Shown: piece by piece, positions 25,022 to 38,134 of the stretch
Numbering within the stretch: position 1 is the first letter of the stretch
Layout: every line of letters begins with the position of its first letter
Notes under the pieces: generated by a model
Databases searched by the model: none
Told to the model about the DNA's origin: nothing
Seen by the model: the letters and a program-made list of their open reading frames with translations, nothing else
Position numbers and translations under genes: made by a program
From: Takakia lepidozioides
Lineage: Eukaryota; Plantae; Bryophyta
Assembly: GCA_030704615.1 (NCBI GenBank)
Contig: CM060732.1
Span: 14,260,001 to 14,324,000 of the forward strand
DNA: 64,000 nucleotides
Reading direction: 5' to 3'

Positions 25022-25146
25022 CTTTGCAAAAGAGTAGCGGAGTACGCTGAAGGATAGCAGCTCCTGGATGGAGGAGGCAGCAGCGCGGTGGCAGGAAGTA
25101 GAGAGGAAGGAGATGACAATTTGTTTGCAAATGCTGCAATTCCTCA

Positions 25147-25590
25147 TGTAGTGTGAATGCAGTGGGGGCAATTTAAAATTTAAAATTTTACTGTTGCTCA
25201 CTGAGTTGTTTGTATTCAAGAGAGGGACCCAGTACCAGTGTGAAAGGGGTTAAGTTGTGCCCCGTGGGTTTTTCATTCATTGGATAAACAAATTTCTCTC
25301 GTTAGATGGATGTGTTTCATTGTCATCGAGGATGCAATATCGGGGAGGCCCTGAGAGTGTTGCGGGCAAGGGAATGAGCAGGGGCAGTGTGTAGAAGGTG
25401 ACTTAAGCACATTATGCTTGTCTTGATTTGCCATGAAGCATAATTAGGATAGTAATAATGAAGGGGAGACAAAGGGGAGGCAGCGTTGTAACCTGTGCAG
25501 CTGCCAGAAGGAAGAAGCGGTGCCGTCATTTCTTTGATGAATTGCAAATTTAGACTCGCTGGAGGATAAGCATGCAAGGAGACAGCTTGG
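25147..25590. mobile_element. Left end of another TGTAGTGTGAA-family element (right extent uncertain)
   Basis: TGTAGTGTGAATGCAG is identical to the start at 15452. Confidence 0.45.
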
Positions 25591-26341
25591 TAAAATATGC
25601 TCGTGCCAGATGAAGGGCCCACAAATTCAATGGACTACAATCCTTCCCATCTCTCCACTACCAATCCTGCCTCCACTCCCCCATTGCGCTTACACTACTC
25701 ATCCTACGACAAATGCGTATCATCATACAAACCGACCTACCTGGCTACCCCAACACGATTTCCCAGCTGGAACATGCCCTGAATACCAGCCCATCCCTTA
25801 TTCACTTTGAACGCCTCCACCCCCGCCAAAAGCGGCCCCTCCTCACCTACTTAAAGGAACAACATGTCACCCGTCTCACCCAACTTACCACCACGTCTGG
25901 TACCCAACTTATAACCCCCGGCGAATTCACAGAGAGAGAGAAGACTCTGGCCAAAGCCGGCGTAACTAAGAGCCACTTCGCCTTGCGGTTACTGCCCCCT
26001 GTCGGGGGTGGGCCCTATAGGCGAATTCACACTTAAACACTCTCGTGCCACGGCTAAAACCTGTAGGTTTCTCCAACACCTACGTACCCTACTCTGCCAC
26101 CCCTCTGCATCCTGCACCCTTGAAAGTGATCTTCTCTGCTTACTTTTCCCTCGTACCCAGACTTACTACCGTCTACAGATCAGCCCCATCCCCCTCTATT
26201 CTCCACACGCTTAGGACTTCCCACACCACTTGTATATATGATGGTGACACCCCATCTACACCCACCTCCCCTATATCCTCCTCCCACTCAGATAGGGACT
26301 CTACCCAACCCCTCCCCGCTCACGCCCATATGCTCCCCCTT

Positions 26342-27410
26342 TGTTAGAGGACTGTCTGGGACTTAGACAGTTTTATGGGTTCTGTGGGGTACCCTTAATT
26401 TTGCGCAGACTCACGGATGGTAGGCTCAGACCAACAGAGGCCTTAGGGGTGACAGACACAGGCCTTAGGGGTGGTAGGCAGGCTCACACAGTCAGTCACA
26501 GGCTTACACAGCCTTACACAACCTGACACGGCTTGTCACAGTCTTACACAGTTAGACACAGCTTGACACAACCTGTCACAGCCTACCACAGTCAGACACA
26601 GTCTGACACAGCTTGTCACAGCCTGACACAGTCTTATACAGCTTGACACGGTTTTACACAGCCTTACATAGCCTATCACAGCCTATCACAGTCAATCACA
26701 GCTCGACACAGCCCAACACAGCCAGTCACAGTCCGATACAGCTTGGCACAGCCCGTCACAGCGTTCACCGGGAATGGTTATCATTGGCAAGGAACGACTG
26801 TGTGGGAACGACATCTGCAGAGGGAACGTGCATTCTGTCTTGGATAACAGTTAGTTAGTTAGGCGGTTAGAACAGCTTGCAGGTAGAATAGGCAGAGTAG
26901 CAACATGGAGGGGGGCACTTATAGGGGCACTTGTGGGTCATCACGGAAGGAGATCAGGCGGAGAGCATGATCTTGAGCGCAAGGATGAAAAGCATGGTGA
27001 AGGAGGAGAGACAATCTGTTGATGTTTGATACATGCAAGCTGTAGAGATGCACTGTAGAGCAGATTAGAGACACCATGGCTTCGGCCTGATACTTGATAG
27101 ATATTAATTTGATACATATTTCATACTCACACTGTGTAGAGAGACCTGAGTGAAGCTGTGGAATGGATGCTTGGGTAGATGGAACCTGGTAGATTGCTCA
27201 AGCAATCTGTTACTTAATTATAGACAGTAAGGTAAGTTGCTAACATGAATGCGAGAATGAATACAAATAGGAAGCACCCCCATGATACACTAGCTGTAGG
27301 TCATGACTGATTGTTCTAAGCGGGCTGAGTGCTTAGAGATTTCCAACTCTTCTATCTTGGAGTTCCTACCTCGGATAGCAAAGAGATGGGTGAGTAAAAG
27401 CCGCTCAACA
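26342..27410 (+). repeat. 5' LTR with internal ~10-bp-period ACACAGC/TCACAGC minisatellite (26484-26762)
   Basis: Direct repeat of 35432-36529. Confidence 0.92.
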
Positions 27411-27412
27411 TT

Positions 27413-27430
27413 TGGCGACCATACTGGGGA
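27413..27430 (+). promoter_or_regulatory. Primer-binding site (Arg-type, Tat/Ogre-like)
   Basis: TGGCGACC...CTGGGG two bases after the LTR end. The tRNA identity is inferred. Confidence 0.6.
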
Positions 27431-28016
27431 ACTGAGTCAAGAACAACCAGATGTGACAGGCATCTGGTGGGATCACGGTGGATGGAGAATTAAAGAATTT
27501 GATGTGAATCAAATTCCTTGTGGAACTGAGAAAGAAAGATTGTCCAAACAATTCTTTCAGAGGTTATTGGAATTGCCAGACGGTTGCAAGGAAAACATTC
27601 TTAAGAGAGTGCATGATGCTGATCCAGAGTGGGGTCTGGAGAAATGAGTGATAAAGATTTATCAAGTGGCCTGTAGAGGGAGAGCAAGTTGGTTACCAAC
27701 ACTGGTTTATATGATAGCATTGCTATCCATTAAACGAGTGGAGTTTGAAAGCTGGGAGGAGGAAAGTGAATGTTTACACTCACATGCATGAAGAACTTGT
27801 ACGGGTAAAGAATTGGATTCCTAAGGATATCCTGTGGATCAAACTTACACCAAGAACAGCTTTTCAGACGTGCCTGCCATATGGTTATATGGTAACGGAG
27901 CCTTCTAGTATAGCCAAGGGTGCATTAAAGCTTGAAAGAAATCCAGGCATATACGTGAGATACTACAGAAGAGAGTTTTGGTTATTGCCTCATGAAAGAT
28001 ATGAAAGACATGGGAC

Positions 28017-30700
28017 ATGAGTTATGAAAGAGAGGCTAGACTCCACAGATATTCAGCAAAAAGAGAAAATTATTTAAAAGCTAATTATCCATATCTCTGG
28101 GAGAGAGGAATAGACATAGGGGAATCATCTGGACCTCTCACACCATTAAGACCAGAGTGTACATCACCCATACCGAAAGAACCAGAGTTGGATGCCACTC
28201 CTTCTTATTCTTTACAAGAAAGATTAAGGGATCTGGTACAGGAAGAAGATCAGCCACGAGGGGAAAGATCTGAGGTACATCCCTGGATTCAAGATTTGAC
28301 AGAATTCTTTGATCAGAGTTGGCATGGAACACCAAAAGCAGGAACTCCAGTTTTTGAAGCACAAGACAAAGAAGGAGAGGATGACGTGGCAGAGCCAACG
28401 GAGAGTTCAGACTCTCCAACACCACTTCAGTTGAGTTATATGAGTGAGGAAGAAGAAATCCAAGAGAAGAACTTGGAAGATGAAAACAGAGAGAAGAATT
28501 TGGAAGATGAAGAGTATGAAGAAGTAGACCCAACAGTTGAGGTTGAGACTACAACCAGGACATCCCAACCTGTTGGACCTGGATCAAGTGGAGCACTTGG
28601 ATCACGGGCCAACAAAGGTGTCGGCTTAGGGGGATCAGGCGGGCAGCTTGGATCTGGCTCTGGGGGGACCGGGAGTGTGGGAAGTAGTGCAACTGGAGCG
28701 GGGGATACTGCAAACACAGGGGGGCCAGTAGCAGGGAGTGCTTAGGGGCCAACACCTGGTGGGAGTTCCACCACTACAACAACAGGTCCTCAAGGACCAA
28801 CACCAACAGGAGGACCAGCACCTGTCAGAGGGCAGGGTGTAGGGCCACAGATGGCAGTACCTCCAACACGGGCAAAATCACATTTTCCAATATATGCAGG
28901 AAAAGGGGATGCTGATGTACACATCAGCCAATTTGAGCACATGTGTATTGTGAACAATGAGAATGGCAATGATGCCAAGATGAGACTGTTTCCTTGTTCA
29001 CTTATCAAGAAAGCAAGTGAATGGTATGCAAGGTTTCCTAATAATCATTTCCTAACCTGGAATGGCCTTAGTACAACATTCCGAAACAGGTTCAGGATAA
29101 GCAAGACTGAGGATGAAGTGTATGGGAGTTTACAACAGTTAAGGCAAAATAAGCATGAAACTGTTGAAGAATATATGGAGAAGATGGAGTTGATGATGAA
29201 AAAACTGGCTGCTGTACCAGCACCAAGATTACAGAAGACTTGGTTTGATATCCCTATACATGCATGTGATATTGCACATTTGGTATGCGTTGCATTGTCA
29301 CTTTCACGTAAAAAAATTTGTGTAGGTATTTGTGGGTGGGGATATATGTAGGACCTGAAGATTCGCCATCTTCTAGATCCCATGCATATTGAGAAGAATG
29401 TCTGCTCGTCCCTTTTTTGGGTTCTTCATGGCACGCTGGCAAAGAAGGGAGTGGCTACAAAAGGAGATTCTCTTGGTGTTAGAAAGGAGCTTGAGGAGCA
29501 GGGTCGCATGCGCCATCTATGGGCCGAACAAGATGGTGTGGACCCAAAGGGTGTTGTACGGTAGAAGTATATGCGCACACCTTGGCAATGGACAAAGAAG
29601 GAATACAAGAAAATGATAGCCACCATAAGTGTTGTCCGAACACCAATTGCGCTACCACTTTTTTCTCCAAATCCAGTCCAACCAGGGAGTAGAGTGACAA
29701 TTCGCTGCATCAATAAGAGGGCCACATCATTGAGTGGACTAAGACCTGAATTACAAAAGAAAGTGGATATGTTACCTCATAATATAGTGGAGGAGGCATT
29801 CGAAACAGCCAACAGAATTGAGCAATTGGGAATGCTCAGAAGAGATAAAAGGGAAGATGAGGACTCCGAAGATGAGTCAGATGAGGAAGAAGAGCAAGAG
29901 CTCAAGAGGAAAAGCAAGAAGAAGGAAAAGTTGAAGAGGGACAACTATGAAAAAAGATTGGAAGAAATCTTGAAAAAATACGTCACAGAGGCTGCAACAC
30001 ATTGGAGGAAGGGTGTTTGGTGTGCAAAGTGCCAAAATGAAGGTCATACCACAGCTGAATGCCACATGAAGGAAAAACACTGTACTATCTGTAAAATGGA
30101 TAACCATTCTATTGAGAATTGTTATTACAACAGAAGGACAGCTGCAAGAGAACCTAGGCAAGTGAGGGTGCACCAGGTGCAACCCTAGCCAAGAAGAAAC
30201 AATGAAGGACCACTATGGTAGGCCTGGTGGATATACCAATGGTATGGCAGGAAGAGGTAATCCAAGAGGGAATTACCAAGGCAATCCTTGAGGCAACTAT
30301 CAGGGTAATCCAAGGGGGAATTACCCCAGGGAATCAGGATTATAGAAATAATCCCAGAATAGACCAAGGGCGAGGACCCAATGGTGAAGAACTGTGTTAC
30401 TATTGTAATCAGGCAAGACATCGCAAGGCAGCCTGTCCATTCTGGATCAGACACCAGAATGAGATGAGAGCTCCTGTGAATGAGGGCCCAGTAGTGGCAG
30501 CTCACATGGTTATGTCATGTTTTGTACCAGAAGTAAGTACAATGATAGTTACCAGAAGCAAAGCTAAACTAATACCTCCAGTGGATGAGGAAGAAGATGT
30601 TAATGAAGATGGCAGTGATGTGCCTGAAGATGACGAGGCTTGGAGAGATGAGAAGGAACTGCACAAGGAAGTGGCTGATACCATAAGGGAAATGCAGAAG
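28017..30700 (+). pseudogene. gag polyprotein with zinc knuckles, degenerate
   Basis: FPIYAGKGDADVHISQF...RLFPCSL...ASEWY...LRQNKHETVEEY, plus CAKCQNEGHTTAEC, CTICKMDNHSIENC and CYYCNQARHRKAAC. Contains stops and an insertion. Confidence 0.82.
29247..29729 (+). pseudogene. CACTA/EnSpm transposase fragment inserted in gag
   Basis: HLLDPMHIEKNVCSSLF is the characteristic CACTA Tnp2 motif. It interrupts gag between QKTWF and LSGLRPEL. Confidence 0.7.
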
Positions 30701-31859
30701 TTGTATTGCCTGTGTTGGGCTGTGTCGGACTGTGGTGGGCTGTGATATGATGTGTTAGACTGTGGTGGGCAGTGATGGCTGTGTGAACACCTGTGTTCTC
30801 TGCTATGGCCATACACATTCGGCTTAATGACAAGTGCTTCATGCTCCGCTGGTGCTACTGGTGGAGCCTGTGACTGCATCTATGTTTCAAGATGTAAATC
30901 ATGCTGCAATGGTCTATCATGGATACCACTGTATCCCTTCAACTTATTGGCATTGACTCTACCAAGCATCTCTTTGTTAATGGTTTGTAACATAGCTGTG
31001 TTGTTATCATACATCTTATGTATGACATTAAGGTCCTTTCCACGGTGACTTAAGCTTAGAAGCTTTAATCTTTCCTTTCTTCTGCAACCACACACAGGTT
31101 GCACAGTCCATAGGGTCAGTGACAGGTGGACACGAGTTAACGACAGTAAAGTGGCCGGTAAGTGTAAAGATAGTTTGGAAGCCAAACTTGGAGAATGTGC
31201 CACGCGGACAGAGGGAGATGGAGGAGTGTTTGAATTCAAACACGTGGCCTAAGGGGCAAAGCATTCCGCATTGCATGTACTGCAATAACGACCGCCATCA
31301 CACAAGAAGACAAACAGGACCGTCAAAGTACCTACCCGATACATTAGCTGAAACTTGCCCATTAATGCATCAAGAGGACAGGTAACGGAACACTTTACGC
31401 GTCCGGCAAAGGGGAACCTTTGCCACATATGCAGTCCTAGTGGTCATTCCAAGCGGGAATGTGAACAGATTAAGGTAAAAACAAGAAGTTACCTAATGAG
31501 GCAACGGCCAATCAGCAATGTGAATTTCATGCAAGAGACTCCATTCAAGAAACAAGAACAAGAAATTAAGAAGATTATGGGCAGAAGAATAGGAGTTATT
31601 CCGGATAACCAGTGTCTCGACGGGAGAGGCAATCAAAGCTATAGCTTTGTAGCTATGGCGGATATCACGGACTATACACTAGCTCTACTTCTTACGCAGT
31701 GGCGCAAGGAAGGACAGGCTGAGAGTACCTTCTCTCTCACCCACTATTTGCAAGCCCCGCAGGCTTACACTCACTTGCATGTTCCATTTTGTGCTAACCA
31801 CACATTCATGCTTTACGCCTTACAAGCTTTCCTACAGCTATTCCAAACAAGGCCTTCTT

Positions 31860-34800
31860 GTTTGTCCGGGATGAAGAGAATTAGATAGATAGAGGATCTC
31901 AGGGTGAAGAGCACGACGATTCTACAGAAGCAGACAATCGCTACACCACAGGCAGTGCAACTGCTGAAGGAGCTGCGGTTGGAGGGGTTGCTACGCAAAG
32001 AGTGGTCTTTGCATCATCGGGGATTGATGATCCAATTCATCCAGAACTTCGAGCCACGGACAGAGTTACCCAGGTGAAGGGCGTAGATATACAGGTTACT
32101 CCGCAGTACTCGCAACAACTATTTTAATTGCCATCTGGTAATGTGTGCGTGGATGAGCAAAGGGCAAGATTGCAAGTAGTGGATCTGTTCCAAGAAACAA
32201 GTTTATTCAGGAACCAGGGATTCACTTGCACCAAGGCCGAGTATCCAGGGTTGAGGGAAATTGGCCAGATACTAAACATTCTGTTTGCCATGAAATAGAA
32301 CCAACAGTATCTTAACAGATCTTTCACGGAGGAGGTACTGAAAGCTTTGAGATGAGAGGATGTAGCTTGGGCGGAGATGATGTACAGTGGTCTGGTGGAG
32401 GAGATGAAACAGTTACAAAATACTACTGCCAAGTCCCCGATCATTGTGTCTAGCCCAATTATTGCACAGATTATCTTTGATTCTTGCTTGCTTGATGCAC
32501 GGGAACGCAAAATAATGGGGGTGTTTGAGGCAGCCACAACTGCAATTGAGGAGCAAGGCTCTTCACAAGGTGAAGGGGGATTGAAGGGGCAGCACCAATC
32601 CAAGAGACAGAAGAGGGATGCAACTGTAGTGGCGGATCCACCGGCCACAAGGAATCCACATGATGATGTTTCCATAGCTCCCGTGTAGGACAAGGAGGAG
32701 CAGCACAAGGGGCTGTTATTACTAGAAGCACAGCCTTCAGAGAGGGAGGAAGAAGTCACCTCAGTACCACAGCCACCACAGCCAACTGACCCGGTTGCCC
32801 CAGGGGTAACTCAAATTGGACATGCTGTTACACCGGAGCCTCTTACTGTGGAGGGAGAGGGGTTGGACATCCCTACTACAGAGCAAGTAGTGGCAGAAAT
32901 TGAGAAGGGCGACATTCTCTATGAAAACTCTGGCATGGTCGGAGAACCCATGGTACCAAAGATGCAGGGTATGCCCAAGGAAATCCCTGTTGTGCAGGTT
33001 ATGCCCAAACCTGTGGCGGAGGTTAAAGGGGTAATGGGTAAGGGAACTGCAGCACCTATGGAGGATGAGGTTGCTCAGGAAGAAGATCCTGTGGGATCAT
33101 GGCCTGACTGGTTTGTGAAACATCAAACTGTGGAGGATCAAGAAGAACAGTAGTAAGTTCTCCATGAAGACCCACAGCAGGCCATGCTTATGAGTTCCAT
33201 AAGCAGGACACTTAATTTATTGGGCACCTATGTCAAGACCCATGTTCCTTCCATACAATTGGCAACATTGAGGGAGGAGCTCAAGCAAGAGTTTGAGGCA
33301 AGAATTGCCACTGAGTGTGCAAATAAGGTGGATGTGGAGGCCAACCTTAAGTTGCAGAAAGAGTTGGAGGACACTAAATCTGCTCTATAACTTGCGAAAG
33401 AAAACTTGATTGAAGCAGGTATGGAGCAGGAGAAGTTGCATGAAGTACATAAACAACAACTATACCAGTTGCAGGCTAAGCATGAGGGCAAGTTGCAGGA
33501 AGTGCAGTTGCTTCATACAGAGTTGGAAGCAGTCCATCAGAGAATGACCATACAGTGTGCCACACTAACGACTAATCTGGAGCTGACTGCACTAGAAATT
33601 AAGAACCAAGCTGAGAGATGTTTAATGGCGGAGACAGAGTCAGTGGAGCAGACAAAACTCATTGCTGATATGAAGGCTACTATCTGTCGCAATGAGGATA
33701 CCTTTCAGCAGTACCACCAGGTCGATGCCTAGAAGGACAGGTACATCCTTGAATTGCAGCAAACAATCACAGTACGGGAGAATGCGCTTTATGTGACTGA
33801 CAAGGCCTGGAAAGAAGCCAATAATCTGTCCGCTGCCTATGCAGCTCTGGTTGAACCTCATGCGAAGCGCATGGAGAGTTTACAACAACAGTTGGATACA
33901 TATAGACTCAAGGAGGAGCAGGATCTCCGTGGTGCTACACAAGACTTGGTGGATAATCATCTTTTGCAAGAGTGGTTAACACAAGGGCCGGTGGCAGGGA
34001 AGGCACCAAGAAAGCTCACCCAAGATGAGATGAATGATCTCAGGCTACGGGTGTAGAACATTGCCACAACCACTATAGACAATGTCTATAGTCGGATAGT
34101 TGAGTTGCAGGAGGATGTGGAATGGCTGCAGACTCAAGTGGATGACTTGAGCTCCAACATTGATAAAAGGGCATTTGTTCCTATGGAACAACTCATGGCT
34201 ACTTATTTGCATGCCAGGACTTTGATTTTCCAATCTTCAGCACAGGAAATGCAGGACTTGCCAACATCAGGAGGGATTGTGGCAACCGCATTACAGCAAC
34301 CATGCCAGGTCGACAATGTTGATACCATGGCACTGCAACAATCACTGTCTGAGGTTTGGGGTGATGCTTCTTTTAACCCACCTACTACTCCTGCTGCACT
34401 TGAATACAATCGGCCTATGATTATGCCCTTCAACCAAATTCCCAGTGTTATGAATTTGGCTTGGAAAGAATTCAGTCCTCCAGAGTCTTTGGCACACTAT
34501 TACCAGATTATGCGCATTTGGTTGCCAGTGGCAACTCGGACTAAAGTTCTTCCAAATGACAGACCCATTGAAGATCACCATTTTGCGCGGTACTGGTCTG
34601 AGGCAGGCACCATGCTGAAGGAATTAATTGCCTTTCAGATTGTTCATGGATACATCTACACCAAGACCAAGGAGATACCAAGTTTGGTCATGGGTTGTGG
34701 ACTGTATTATGCTGCTTGTTTTATTTCACGCTATCACATTGAGCAGCAAAAGATGTAGATGAGATTTCAAACTTATTCCAATGGGGATCATTGGGTGATA

Positions 34801-35000
34801 CCTTCGGTTCCATCACATACATATATGTATGATGTAAGAATCATGCTTCAGAAGGATTCCCAACTTCGTTCTTGGTTTACTTTTGCTATGGAGAATTTGG
34901 CCAAAGAAAACTTGGGTCTTGACCACATTTTTTCTAAAGGGCATGAAGCCAGAAAGTGGTTACACTTCTCCAACGTCATTGGCCTACCACACTAATTTTG
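31860..35000 (+). pseudogene. Long additional ORF of the LTR element (coiled-coil-rich), broken by stops
   Basis: Consecutive same-frame ORFs (32377, 32848, 33184, 33406, 33754, 34105, 34759) separated by single stop codons. E/Q/K/L-rich heptad-like segment. No RT, RNase H or integrase motifs. Confidence 0.6.
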
Positions 35001-35431
35001 CCAGCAAGAGATTGATACAAGTTTTAAAGTTTAAGCTTCCAGACATGGTGGGCAAACACTGTATGCCACGCAAGATTCCTGAGAAACCACATAAGCTCAG
35101 GGCACCGAAAGGCCACCGGGGGAAAGATGATTATGATACTACTGGTTCTATGGAGGAACCTTTCGACATGGCTGAAGATTATGCAATACAATGGCAGAGA
35201 AGAAATGACGGGGATCTCCTATGCCTGAGAAGTTACCTCCTTATCAGCCAAAGGAAGGGCAGTCATTTCCATTTGGTGGACAGTCATCTCCACCAACCAG
35301 CGACATGGCTCGGGCTTACACACAAAGCCCTCCAAGGGACTCTCACCGGCAGAAGGGTGCTCGTTCACAAAGGTTTGCTGATCCTAAATAGTAAACCATG
35401 AGGACATGGCTTTTTGAGAGGGGAGGAATAA

Positions 35432-36529
35432 TGTTAGAGGGCTGTCTGGGACTTAGACAGTTTTACGGGTTTTGTGGGGTACCCTTAATTTTGCGCAGAC
35501 TTACGGATGGTAGGCTCAGACCAACAGAGGCCTTAGGGTGACAGACACATGCCTTAGGGGTGGTAGGCAGGCTCACACAGTCAGTCACAGGCGTACACAG
35601 CCTTACACAGCCTGACACAGCTTGTCACAGTCTTACACAGTTAGACACAGCTTGACACAGCCTGTCACAACCTACCACAATCAGACACTGCCTGACACAA
35701 CTTGTCACAGCCTGACACAGCTTGTCACAGCCTGACACAGTCTTATACAGCTTGACACAGCTTTACATAGCCTTACACAACCTATCACAGCCTATCACAG
35801 TCAGTCACAGCCTATCACAACTCAACACAGCCCGACACAGCCAGACATAGTCCAACACAGCTTGGCACAGCCCGTCACAGCGTTCACAGGGAACGGTTAT
35901 CATTGGCAGGGAACGACTGTGTGGGAACGACATCTGCAGAGGGAACGTGCATTCTGTCTTGGATGACAGTTAGTTAGTTAGGCGGTTAGAACAGCTTGCA
36001 GGTAGAATAGGCAGAGTAGCAACATGGAGGGGGGCACTTCTGGGGGCACTTGTGGGTCATCACGGAAGGAGATCAGGCAGAGAGCATGATCTTGAGCGCA
36101 AGGATGGAGAGCACGGTGAAGGAGGAGAGACAAACTATTGATGCTTGATACATGCAAGCTGTAGAGATGCACTGTAGAGCATATTAGAGACACCATGGCT
36201 TCGGCCTGATACTTGATAGATATTAATTTGATACATATTTCATACTCACACTGTGTAGAGAGACCTGAGTGAAGCTGTGGAATGGATGCTTGGGTAGATG
36301 GAACCTAGTAGATTGCTCAAGCAATCTGTTACTTAATTATAGACAATAAGGTAAGTTGCTAACATGAATGCGAAAAGGAATACAAATAGGAAGCACCCCC
36401 ATGATACACTAGCTGTAGGTCATGACTGATTGTTCTAAGCGGGCTGAGTGCTTAGAGATTTCCAACTCTTCTATCTTGGAGTTCCCACCTCGGATAGCGA
36501 AGGGATGGGTGAGTAAAAGCCGCTCGACA
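35432..36529 (+). repeat. 3' LTR
   Basis: Direct repeat of 26342-27410 with scattered substitutions and a slightly longer minisatellite. Confidence 0.92.
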
Positions 36530-36581
36530 CCCCTCCCCCTCATGCTCACCCGACACCTCCACAACTCACCATGCCAATCTA

Positions 36582-36698
36582 GATAATCCAGACGTGTATG
36601 TTATCGAAGCCATCCTAGGCATTAAAACCCAAACTTCTACAGACTCATATGGGGCCACATGCATTGATACATAATACCTTTGCCAATGGGCTGGCTTC
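36582..36698 (+). pseudogene. Chromodomain-coding remnant (continues the 25590-26341 host sequence)
   Basis: Translates DNPDVYVIEAILGIKT...DT*YLCQWAGF, matching the chromodomain pattern YxVExIL...YLVKWxGY. Cut by the TIR at 36699. Confidence 0.55.
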
Positions 36699-37955
36699 GG
36701 GGGCTGCTATTTCATGAGCCATGAGCCATGAGCATAGTCGTAAGTGTCGGAGAAAACATGTGCAAGAATTTTTCCCGGAAATGATTGTCCACGGGAATAG
36801 GGTTGAGGGTGTCACGGTCATAAGGGGAGAAGGACCTCCCAATGAAGGAGGTTCGGCAATGTTTTTTAGAATTACATATTGAAAGGCAATGTTTTGCGAA
36901 TGGTAGGGTGGTACTGCTCTGTACAATGGGGCGTCTACTGTGCTGATTATGCAAACAAATCTTTAGCCCTGTGCCTTCTGAATACAAGTCACGTTGTCAA
37001 TGGGACTTTGACTGCTCTGAGAACTAGCTCATGAGTCATCGGGCTCCTCCAGGTAAACTGGATTGCAGCCGTTGTACCGCCCCTGTTGATGTTCACCACA
37101 ATGTCGTGCCCTTCAATCATACCACCATCGAATATGGAAAGCTTCACGTTTTCGTCGTCCACACCAATGCGAATGTCCCCATACAATGGAGAAGAGGAGC
37201 ACACTCCTTCAGGAGTATAAGTCTCTCCGATGGAGTCCACCCACGTCCACTGGCAGCAGTTCCACCGCAACAACATAGCAGTGCGCATTCTTCTGCATGG
37301 GTGCCCGTCGTAGCTGGGAAAATCGGAATCAAGGATGCGCAGGAGCCACAGACTCCTCAGACCAAGATCGTCACCCCGCTCGAAGGCGTACTGGCCTGGG
37401 ATATACTCAAAAGCGGACAATGTTTCCACATTCGAACCAGTATCTTCTGTGTAATCTGTGTACCAGATAACGATGTCTCCCGATGTGGCCGAATACATTG
37501 CATAATCGAAGCCTCCATAAGGGCAGTTGTCCTGGTTCCGCAAGCACGACATCCTTGCAAAGGAGGCGACGAGCATTATTACCCGCACAGGCAGCTGCAT
37601 CGGCACCACCTATCGTGTCCCCTATTGCAATCCTTGCACCACCTATTTTTGTGGGGGCTTGTGATGGACCAGGTGAGGATCCCTACTTGCTTTGAATTCT
37701 CTTGGCGTGTTTGTTGCCGATGACAATGACCTTGCAGACAACAAAGCCATTTGATTTTTGAAATGATGAGAAGCGGAAGAGCAGTGCGGGCTCCAATAAT
37801 GGAGCATCTGGGTCCCACGTACCCACCAATCATCGTGTAACATGTTCATCACGCCAGCGGTGGATGAACCGCTAACTCTTTCTCATCCACGGGGAATAGT
37901 TTGTCATCTGCCACCGAAGTCCATCCCCCCGGATGGAAATTCGGCGCCGCATTTA
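36699..37955. mobile_element. Left end of a related MULE carrying the hypothetical gene
   Basis: GGGGGCTGCTATTTCATGAGC is identical to 44307, followed by CATGAGC repeats and CCACGGGAATAGGGTT (cf. 44378). A GGAAATTCGGCGCCG motif lies at about 37935. Confidence 0.75.
36989..37552 (-). CDS. Hypothetical protein, about 187 aa, transposon-associated
   Basis: Open ORF from MSCLRNQDNCPY. Paralogue of 24395-25021. Confidence 0.7.
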   Translation of the reverse strand: MSCLRNQDNCPYGGFDYAMYSATSGDIVIWYTDYTEDTGSNVETLSAFEYIPGQYAFERGDDLGLRSLWLLRILDSDFPSYDGHPCRRMRTAMLLRWNCCQWTWVDSIGETYTPEGVCSSSPLYGDIRIGVDDENVKLSIFDGGMIEGHDIVVNINRGGTTAAIQFTWRSPMTHELVLRAVKVPLTT

Positions 37956-38134
37956 CATCGAAGGGGAGATGGACTTCGTCGTCTCGAGTGGCTATAGGCC
38001 CATCTGGCACTCATGGCCCTAGTTTGCATGGCATGGAAGGAAACTAAAACGGCTACATTCATGGACAAGCCAATCTTCATCAGTGCAGGTTCCGGTAAGG
38101 GGGAAATTTAAATATGCCCTGGAGTGTGAGTGAG

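Larger units (their letters stand above)
26342..36529 (+). mobile_element. Full-length LTR retrotransposon (~10.2 kb), gypsy-like, apparently lacking pol
   Basis: Two ~1.07-1.1 kb LTRs TGTTAG...(A/G)ACA, PBS TGGCGACCATACTGGGGA, PPT GAGAGGGGAGGAATAA at 35416-35431, and a near-perfect 5-bp TSD CCCTT/CCCCT. Confidence 0.92.
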
